A DNA stretch of 35,220 nucleotides from Trichosphaerium sp. ATCC 40318 (taxonomy: Eukaryota > Protista > Tubulinea), in the NCBI GenBank assembly GCA_038496445.1, contig JALMLS010000087.1:1-35220 (forward strand), in the 5' to 3' direction. Positions 26,231 to 35,220 of this stretch are shown piece after piece. The notes beneath the pieces are model-generated. The model was given only the letters and a program-made list of their open reading frames with translations. It ran no database searches and had not been told where the DNA came from. Position numbers and translations under genes: made by a program. The stretch's first letter is position 1; each line of letters starts with the position of its first letter.

Positions 26231-29200
26231 TTAAGACTTTGGCACGTTAACGGTAAATGGAGATCCATTTATGTGCCCCTTTTCACGTGACATCTTCTTA
26301 CGTGCAACAACAGATACTTTATAAGCACCTTCCACCTTAGGTTTCCAAGTAACCTCAAACTTTCCTTCACCTTTAAAAAAAAAAAGTCAAAAAAAAGTTC
26401 AAACAAAATCGCTGGTCGCTGCTCGTACCCTTGTCGTCTATACTCTTACGAGCATATCTTGGTCCTTTAATCTCAACATCGAGCTTATACTCTGATACTT
26501 TAAAAGGGTTACCAAGTTGGTCATTGATTTGAATGATAAAGACATTCTGCTCTTGGACTTTAACCTTGTCTTCGTCCTAGAAAAAAAAAGTTAATTTCAA
26601 TCGTTACTGTTACACCTTTGAAGTACTCACCAAACCATCACCAGAAAGTGTTGACTCCTCAAAAGATACATCGAGTACATCATCACTTGCATCTTTATCC
26701 CTAGGTGTTTTTTTATCCTGTCTAGGTGTCTTATCCTTCTTTAAAGCTTTAGCTTCTTTTTTCTTCTTTTTAGCTTCCGCAGCTTCTTCTTTTTTTTTTG
26801 CTTTTGCTGCAATCTTTGCAGCTTCTTTACTCTGTTTAAGAGCTCTTGCTGATTCCTTCTTTTCTTTGGCATACTCTTTCTTATCTCTAGCAGAGTCTGA
26901 AGACTTAATACTAGACCTAGAACTCTTGCTCGTTAACGTCTTCTCATCTTTTACTGCTTTTACTGGAAGCGGCGAGACTTTAGTCTCAGCAACCTGTTGA
27001 GCCTTTACTGGTCCAGCGGGCTTTGGTATCGGCTTGTTAGACGCTTGAGGAGGTGCTGGTACACCAGCAGGCCTCTTAACATTAAATCGAACGACATCGC
27101 TGCCTGTTTGAAAAAAGTTTTCGTTAGTGCTTATTTCTAAGTATTTTATGCGCTTCTTTCGTACCTCTTACTTCAAAGGCTATTGGCCAAAAAACAGGTG
27201 CACCTTGATGAGTGATAGAAAGAAAGAATAACCCATTGGAAATAGGTTTAGTATATTCTATATCAAAAGTGCCGTCCTCTACGCATTATTAGAAAAACGA
27301 CCGAAAAAGCAACTATGATGGTATCGTGCCATTATCAAAAATGTCGGTTGAGATTTCTTGTGGTCCACGGATACGAACTTTAATGCTAGACTCTTTCAAA
27401 GGTACAGATTTACCTATAAAGGAGTGTGAATAAATCGAGGAGCTATTAAGAATAAAGGAAACTAACCTGATGCATCCTTAGCATCTATTGTAAATACTTG
27501 TAGAGATCCAGCAACAAATGGTTTTCCCCACATACCATCACCAGAGATGGTTTCATTAGTAGCAATAGATAAAGGTTTTTGCACAGCTCTCTTAACAGGT
27601 GCAGAAGCAGCAGGCCGTCTCTAATCAAAGCAAAAACATTAGCAAAAAATAAAAAAGGAAGGCAGAATAAGCACGTACGCCTCCGGCTTTTTTTCTAGAT
27701 ACACTCCCTGCACGCTGTACAAACTTCTTCCTTGCAGGAGGCCGAACAGCTTGCTTCTTCTTAGAAGGACTTGGTACTCTCCTTGCTGGTTCTGGTGTAT
27801 AGACACGAGGTGTTGTAGATTGCGAACGTGTTGGTTTAGTCTCAGTCTTTGGTGGACCTCTTGGAGTTGTTTCTATGATTTTTGGTGGTTCTGATGCTTG
27901 TATAGGCTCAATTTTTGGAACCTCAACCTCCATCTCTTCATCACGGACACCTTCCTTGAAAATACCGCTCCACAGAATAGATCCATCATAATAGAACAAT
28001 GCACCCTTTCCATGACGTTTACCTTGAAAAAAAAACTTATAAGTTTCCTCCTGAAACTTCTACTACGGAAACAGCGATTTCAACAAGTTTGTGTGTTGGT
28101 TACGTACCTGCATTGAGTTCACCTACATACCAACGCTTGGTATTTTGGTAGTATTCTACACCTTCACCATCCCAGTGACCTTCTTTCCAATCACCTTCGT
28201 ACCACTTATTCTTACCACCAACAAAGTACGCAACACCCTTGCCATGGCGTTTATTATTTGCGTAAGTACCGCTGTATTTTGTGGTACCATCCATGAAGTA
28301 CTCATTACCCTTTGAAACAATCGTTAGATAAGCGTATTGCAGTGCAAACACTGAAACTTTCAAAGAGCATGTGAGAAACAAAAAAAAAGTCGAAGCTGCT
28401 AATTACCTTGCCATGCCACTGACTATCCTTAAAATCACCATGGTATATTTTCGTGTATCCATCCTTTTGATAGCTAGCACCTGCACCTTCGAATTTTCCT
28501 TTCTAAGCAAAGAGTAAGAAGGCATTGCTTCCGTCCTAAATAACTTACCACAAATGCTCCAGCAAACCTCTTCTTAGCTCCAGAATCTTGATAGAATATC
28601 ACACCATTACCGTGGAACATTCCTTCAATAAAATCCCCCTAAGGAAGTTACCTGTTAGACATCACGTGATTTTTATTGTATCAAAAAAATTCTAAATTGA
28701 TCACACGTACTTCATACCACTTACTACGATCTTGAAAATACATAACACCTTGACCATGTTTCAACCCGTTTTTAAATAGTCCCTACAAATCATGTTTTAG
28801 CACAAGTGATTCTCTAGTAATTGCGAGCCATCACGTGGTAAAAAAAACCTAATTTTATCCGTTTCGTAATAAAACAAGTCTGTCAATCTGGCTCGATGAC
28901 AAACAAGCCAAATACAAGATGGTAAAAATTAAATAGGTAACATCTACATACCTTGTAAAACGGTACGCCATCTTTGTAATACTCAACACCTTCGCCGTCC
29001 CACTTACCATCTTTCCACTCTCCAATATATTTCTTCTTTCCAACTTTCTCAGAGTAGTACAATATCCCTGTACCAGTCCAATTGGCATTCTCATCGAATG
29101 AACCTAATCACAGTTACTATATTATCCATGCTGAACAAAAGACGAAACCAAAAGAGGTTGGGTAGTGGCAATACCTTCAACACCTTGGAAATCTCGATTT

Positions 29201-30067
29201 TCTTTTTTAGCGAAATTCTCGAAGTGTTCTGTAATCTAAACGCTGTAAGTTTGTTTATGACGTTGCACAATATTTAATTATATTCCCCAGTACCAAGAAT
29301 AATAAAAATAGATTGATAATAATAAAATAAAACGTACTGTTATGTCAGGATTAAATTTGTAAATATTATCAACTTGATCTCTTTTTAAAGGCACATTGTA
29401 CACCTGTACTTGCTTTAAAATATCATTTACTTTCAGTTCAATAGCAGAAGCTTCTTCATCTATACGCCAAGTGAGTTACAAAACAATAATAACAACGACA
29501 GTAGAAGAAAACGCGAACAAATCGATGGACAAGTATTGACTTGGAAAAAATTTGTTGTATTACGAAAAGAGCTCTAGCGTACCATCCGTAACTTCACCAA
29601 CTGTCATAATGATAGGACTAATATACACATGTCTCTTCTTTACTTTGATGTGTATTTCATACTTTCCAAGTGCTGGTGGCGTCCATTCAACATCAAAAGA
29701 GTTGTCGTCGTTGTCAAAAATTTCTACGTCAACCTTTTCTATTACAAGCTTCAGTTAGTTGAACTACCGCGTTTACATTGTCTTTATACGCTACCTGGTC
29801 CTTTTATAAATACTTCTAACTGTTTCTCACTAGCGCCTGTAGGTTTTTAGGTTAAAAAAAGACTATTTTGCTACAACGACGTCTTGTGTACCAATATCGC
29901 TTCCTTTGAACGTTATTGTAAATATACCCAACTCTTTAACATTAACTTTCGTTTGGTCAATACCTGGACCTTCCACTTCGCTGGGAGAGCATCTACGATG
30001 TATTTAGGGGGTCATATCCAAAAAAAGAATAATTAATTACGTACTCTCCTCTTACAGGTCTACTCAT
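26231..30067 (-). CDS. Filamin-type Ig repeat + MORN repeat protein (filamin - MORN array - Pro-rich - filamin - Lys-rich - filamin)
   Basis: Three filamin-like repeats (VEGPG..FTIT..LEVFIKGP..DNDDNSFDVEWTPPALGKYEIHIK; ISGDG..FTIDAKD..IRGP..DGTFDIEYT; LSGDGL..VEIKGP..GKFEVTWKPKVEGAYKVSV..HINGSPFTVNV). About 8 MORN repeats (e.g. YIGEWKDGKWDGEGVEYY, YSGTYANNKRHGKGVAYF). ATG at 30067, TAA at 26233-26231. Confidence 0.85.
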
Positions 30068-30325
30068 GTTGCAATATACGAACCAACAACTGAGAAGGCC
30101 GAGTAGTAACGTAAACTGCGAACGGTCAAAAAATAACTGTAAATAAGTCTAAATAGTTCTTAGCCCGGTTAATTTCGTAAACGATACTACCGAGAGTATT
30201 CTAAAAGATAATAGCGCCTATAAAAGAACAATATCGTTTTTTTTGAATAAACGCTCCAAACGATCATCAAAAAACCTTGGAACGCCGTTAAAGACATTCT
30301 ACCTATTAATTCAATACCAATAACC

Positions 30326-32044
30326 ATGATACCAAAACTCACAACCGCAAATGCAATAAGCGTACCATCTAGAACTAAAACTAGCTACAAACAAACGGCA
30401 ACAACTCAAATGCGGCATAACCACATACACCGCCTGCGCCAACGCACAAAAACCTACCCAGCCAGAGGAGCAACAAATACAACGTATGTTTATACACTAC
30501 CGGTAACGATTAAGGGTTTTATAGACTTGCAAGGTCTCCCAGAGACATTTTCGAGTACGCTTCAGAAATAATGCAAATTAAAGACTTGTCTCAATGGTAC
30601 AACGTATGTGGAAGAGATTTGTTCAAGTTACTTGGTCCTAATATTTTGTACGACAAAAATGAAGTTTTTTGATCAAAATCACGTGATTTTAAGCTTCCAC
30701 TGCTAATATCCTTTAGATGGAATTTTAACGACTCTTTGACAGCTGCGTTATCAGTGGCATATAGTGACTATAGATGGGAAGGATGGCGCTTCAAGTACGT
30801 CTGTTAATGTGTTTTTTTTCTCAAAAGTTTTTTTTTCTTTTTTTTATTACCTTTTTGATGTCTTTATTGTTCGACGTGTCTAATGTATGTTGCGTATAGG
30901 ATAGTGCCTAAGAATGGTTGGGATGATAGGTATAATAGAAAACAAATATTTGAGTACATCGCAAAGGTGTGTAATGTAAAAATCATTGATGACTGGTATA
31001 AAGTTTACTTTCATCAATTTCTTCACTACGGAGGTGCTGGCATAACGTAAGAAATTGTAAATTCTTCCTCAAAAATGTTTTCTCTAATGCGTATTGTTAT
31101 CAATAGAAATCACTATGCTGGATCATTATCGAATGGTTTGAAAGACATTTATCCGCATATCGAGTGGCAAGATTTCAAGTTTGTGTACGACAAAAAATAC
31201 AAGATTTCTTTAATGACTTTATGGCGTTGTACTTGTCAATATTGATTTGCTGACATATACCTTAGGAGCGTACCAAAGAACCACTGGCATTCGAAGAAGA
31301 ACCAAAGAGAAATGATAGAACATATTGCCGAGTTAGAAGAGATTAAGGACTTGTCAGAGTGGTACAAAATCTCATCTAAAACAATTATTAACCGTGGAGG
31401 CTTCTCAGCTATGTATGTCACTTTATACACTCTAAATTATTTTCTTACACTTTTAGTGGATGCTATGGTGGGTCTATATCAGCTTGCTTGGCAGCTTTGT
31501 ATCCACAAAACTCTTGGAAACCTTGGTTGTTTGTGTACGTTTTTTTTTTTCCAAAATACATACTCACAACATACCTCCAGTAATCCACCGAAGAATTTTT
31601 GGCATAAAATAGAACACCAACACCAGTTCTTAACCTCAGTAAAAGAGAAGCTGAATATAACGACCGCTAGTGGCTGGTACGCTAAATTCTTTCACGAAAA
31701 AAATAAATTAAGTGTATTTTTCTTTAGGTATAATACGCGTGTGAGTGAACTTATGAGCCTTGGTGCTACACCAATTCTTACAAGGTATTGGCCATATGCA
31801 TTACAGCATGTACACACTGAGTTTAATTGGGAGTGGCATAAGTTCTTATCTCATCGTGGAAGACAAAAGTATGTTTTGGTTGGTTTATAAAACTGTTTTT
31901 TCTTCGTCTTTTTTTCTTGGTTTGACGTTAATGTTTAGGTTTATGATACAGTGTCTAGGAGAGGTATTTCCAGGGAGTAAACTAGAGTTGTCAAAATTTA
32001 GAACAAGACATGTTGCACTTACAGGATCACTGACTATGCCATAA
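30326..32044 (+). CDS. Trp-rich 75-aa tandem-repeat protein B (4 repeats), paralogue of 19654-21567
   Basis: Exons are 30326-30483, 30525-30647, 30717-30794, 30900-31046, 31107-31184, 31266-31412, 31457-31534, 31581-31676, 31728-31868 and 31940 onward, all with phase-2 introns. A repeat reads SVPKNHWHSKKNQREMIEHIAELEEIKDLSEWYKISSKTIINRGGFSAIGCYGGSISACLAALYPQNSWKPWLFV. The 3' end is uncertain. Confidence 0.82.
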
Positions 32045-32839
32045 ACAACGTAAATCCAAGGTTGCAAAAATTTGGATCGATCCAGACCTTTGCAAATTGT
32101 ACGTTTCACCTTTCCGAGCCTGAGGGTATCTGTGTGAAATAGGCAAATATGGGTCCAAGCAAAACACGATAGCATACAACCGTAACAACCAATGTGTTGT
32201 GCATACTGAAAAAACAAACCAAAGGCTAAAACACAAACCACAGTGACATTTACAAGAAAGCATTAGCAAAGAGCTATGATAAAGGAAACTCCAAGTTACT
32301 TATTTGGCAGAAAGTGTTGAGAAAGGTAGTACTTAGATTGTCGGTTTTCTATTGATGAGATCAAAGATTTTTATCATCAATTAAAGAAGTGCTTGAAAAC
32401 AGAACAAACATCTCACATCCATTAAATAAAATTTATTGGTTTTTTTCATAAAGGTTGTTTTTTTTTACAATGTTGCCTTTCTGTTTGTGATTTTCCTGAA
32501 ATCAATATGAATTAAGTAGGATTGTCTTTTTGGCTTGTCTTTCTCTATTGTAAAATTAAAAGGGTTATAAGTATTTCATGCTACTAGTTTATTGGCAATA
32601 CAACTTTTTTAAGGCAAGTTGTTTTTTTTTTTTTGTAGCCTTCAAGGTGATTCAAATCGAATCCTATGTTTTTCATGTTGAAATCCATTTTGAAATTGGT
32701 ACTGTTGTATGTACACATGTACACAGTGAAAAGATTTGAAATAAAGGAAAAAAAATAAACAGGTTGTAACTATAGCCGGTAGTGTTCCTATCATTTAAAT
32801 GAATTTGGAATGGGAAAAAAAAAGTAATTACTGTTATTA

Positions 32840-33871
32840 CAAGTCTGGTGTAATATATCAGTTTTTGGTATATACCACTTTTATACCACTTTTTTATACC
32901 AGTTTTTTATGGTATATACAAAAAAAAGTGGTATATTTTGAAAAAATACCAAAAAAAGTGGTATATTGACCCAAATATACCAACAATATACCAAAAAAAC
33001 AGGTATAAAAACAGAAAATATACCACTTTTTGTAGAAAAAAAAATATACCCTTTTTATACCACTTTTTTAGGTATATACCACTTACCACTTTTTTTATAC
33101 CAGTTTTTCATGGTATACCACTCTTATATACCACTTTATGCTTACTTATAGTACACCTGCAATTCAAAAATACACTTTATTTAATACACAGTTTGTGAGT
33201 TACAAGTTTTGGACAATGTCCACTACAGTTACATTACTATGGGCGTCTGGAAAATTCGTCCATCCCCATGAGCTTGCTGTACCTACTGTAAAAACATGCT
33301 GTGCACCTAATGAAAGTGGTTCCACCTGAATCTATCAATTACTAAGGCCTACGGAGGTCGGTTAATGTATATCAAACGAAAATAAAATAAAACTTTGTCT
33401 GGTACCCACGAACGTCTGTATAATACCTGCAATATAGTTTCCTCAATGTTGGTACTGGAATAAGGTCCTGCGGTCCGAATGAGCTTGGTTTGGTTAGATT
33501 CTATGATATACTAAGGTCCCTACGCACCGTTCAATGTATGACGTCCATGATCGTTCAACAAGAAAACCCATTACCAAAAAGCTCCTTAATGACCTTCTTG
33601 AAGCATACCATAAAGTGGTATATACCAATAAAAAATTGGTATATACCACATACCATAAAAAGTGGTATATACCACTTTATATACCATTTTAGAAGGTCTC
33701 ATTATGTGAATGAAAAGTGGTATATACCACTATCTACCACTTTTTTATTCACTTAATTTTTAAAAAAAGTGGTATTTCAAAATGGTATATACCAGTTCAT
33801 ATACCATTTTGTTGAAAAAGTGGTATATACCATAAAAAAACTGGTATATACCACTTTAATTTTTAGACCTG
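32840..33871. mobile_element. Non-autonomous TIR element with dense TGGTATATACCA subterminal arrays
   Basis: Termini CAAGTCT... and ...AGACCTG form an imperfect inverted repeat. Arms ~32860-33140 and ~33605-33860 are made of AAAGTGGTATA/TATACCACTTT units in both orientations around a unique ~450-bp core. No target-site duplication is visible. Confidence 0.65.
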
Positions 33872-33878
33872 AAGAACT

Positions 33879-33925
33879 GGGCGCGTGGTGTAATTGGTAT
33901 CACGGTCGCTTTGCATGCGACAGGT
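33879..33925 (+). tRNA. tRNA-Ala(TGC) 5' fragment, truncated in the variable loop
   Basis: GGGCGCG-TG-GTGTAATTGGTATCAC-G-GTCGC-TTTGCAT-GCGAC-AGGT gives the acceptor 5' strand, D arm/A box and a perfect anticodon stem with TGC. No T arm or 3' acceptor strand follows. Confidence 0.8.
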
Positions 33926-33999
33926 ACAAAGGGTAGAAATATAAAGAAAGAAACAAGAGTAGCTCCACCTCTTGTATCTAAAATTGGTTGCATACTCCT

Positions 34000-34219
34000 A
34001 GAGATGGTATGGAAATGAAAAAAGAAAAAAAAATTGAAATATTTCAGTATTTACATTTCCAATTTGCAACAGTTTTAGCAAAAATTCTGGGCCATTTTCA
34101 TCTACACTTCTTGTAGAGCAACATCAACAAATCAAATTCTGATATTATGTAAGTTGTGTTTGAAACAGTGAATTTAAAAATTTTGTACTTTTACTATTTC
34201 AGTTTCCCATACCATCTCT
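34000..34219. mobile_element. 220-bp MITE-like element
   Basis: Perfect 13-bp TIR AGAGATGGTATGG (34000-34012) / CCATACCATCTCT (34207-34219), with CCT flanking on both sides and an AT-rich interior. Confidence 0.6.
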
Positions 34220-34452
34220 CCTGTTACTTTCATCTTCTTACTAACGCCTTTGGTGATCCCTATTTTCTCCTCAGCTTAGTAAATGAAGGCGCTGAATTGC
34301 CAACATCTGACTAAACGCTTAATTCTTAGTATCTGGCACAGGATAAAAACATAGAACCAACAACCTCTAAAGCGAAACAAATCTCAAAAAAATCTGATTT
34401 TTAGCCATTCATTCAACAAACTGTACAACTTCAGACTTTCACAGTTACAACT

Positions 34453-34564
34453 TGGATCCTCTGGCCTTGGATCCTGGTGCAAGTGCATGCAAAGTGCTTG
34501 AAATGACAGAAAAATGCATACAACTTGCATGCGATAGCACCTGGGATCCAAGGCCGGGGATCCA
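34453..34564. repeat. GC-rich long inverted repeat / hairpin
   Basis: TGGATCCTCTGGCCTTGGATCCTGGTGC (34453-34480) pairs with GCACCTGGGATCCAAGGCCGGGGATCCA (34537-34564). Inner GCATGCAA/TTGCATGC extends the stem. Confidence 0.8.
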
Positions 34565-35220
34565 GATTCTGACAAAAAACAATATAATGTATCGATGTTT
34601 TGACCATCAGGCTAACGGCACTTGTTTGAAAAAATGAGTTTTTATAGTTTGAGTTTTTCTTTGAGACAAGAACTGTTTTTAAATTGCAAATTTGTCCATG
34701 TATGCTATGGAATAATGATGTGTACATCATGACTAATTTTAGCATATATGGTTGTACTTAGAGAAGGTAAAACAGTCAATTTAATTTTTAGACACTTTTG
34801 AAAAAAACGAGTGATTTTTGCTCATGCTTAACACCTACTTTTTCTTACACAACTTGAATACACGCTATACTGCATTATGTACCGTTTAGTATACGTAAAT
34901 GCACTTGACAAGGGCGGGTATGGCTGCACAAAAAACCGCCTAAAAGGGCCAAATTTCGAGTTTTGAACAATACAGCTGTACAACTATGTTTGTTACCTGA
35001 TTGTAATTCTGCAATGGCTATACTACTATCTTGTCTATATCATCAGATAGTGTATAGTATTCAAAAATAATTATGTAGAGCTCTTTGTGCTCCGCTTTCA
35101 GCCATAAAACGCATTTTCACTTTCTTCATGGAACCAACCAAGAACCTGCCTGTTCTCAAAATCACATCTTATACGCCCTTTGAGTAATGTATTGTGTGTG
35201 CGCCAAATCATAGCAAAAAC

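Noticed and set aside
32860-33860. CRISPR-like or telomeric array
   Set aside because: Units are irregular in length, occur in both orientations and lack unique fixed-length spacers. The context is eukaryotic and there are no cas genes.
34050-34100. Minus-strand WPRIF peptide suggesting a third repeat-family gene
   Set aside because: The match is only 4-5 residues inside the MITE, with no surrounding repeat consensus.

Overview
AT-rich, intron-dense eukaryotic DNA in the standard genetic code. Introns are mostly 35-100 nt GT-AG with GTACG/GTATG/GTAAG/GTGCG donors; an amoebozoan-like protist is my inference. Hand splicing recovers a type-B carboxylesterase, a PIN-LIKES/auxin-efflux-carrier-family transporter, a divergent 9-intron actin, a filamin-MORN-filamin protein and an inverted pair of secreted-protein paralogues (one with a premature stop). 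It also recovers a cluster of F-box-like/repeat genes (LRR, ankyrin, MORN) and two paralogues built from a 75-aa Trp-rich repeat encoded by exactly modular exon pairs. The best candidates for new biology are: (i) a ~3.8 kb TTAA-flanked, GGG...CCC-ended Kolobok-like DNA transposon whose 4-intron DDE transposase carries an F-box-like domain inside the catalytic core; (ii) the 75-aa repeat proteins with presequence-like N-termini; (iii) strong enrichment of the CACGTG palindrome; (iv) a pile-up of non-autonomous elements around a 3'-truncated tRNA-Ala at the right end. All gene models are manual. Several frameshifts sit in homopolymers and may be sequencing errors.
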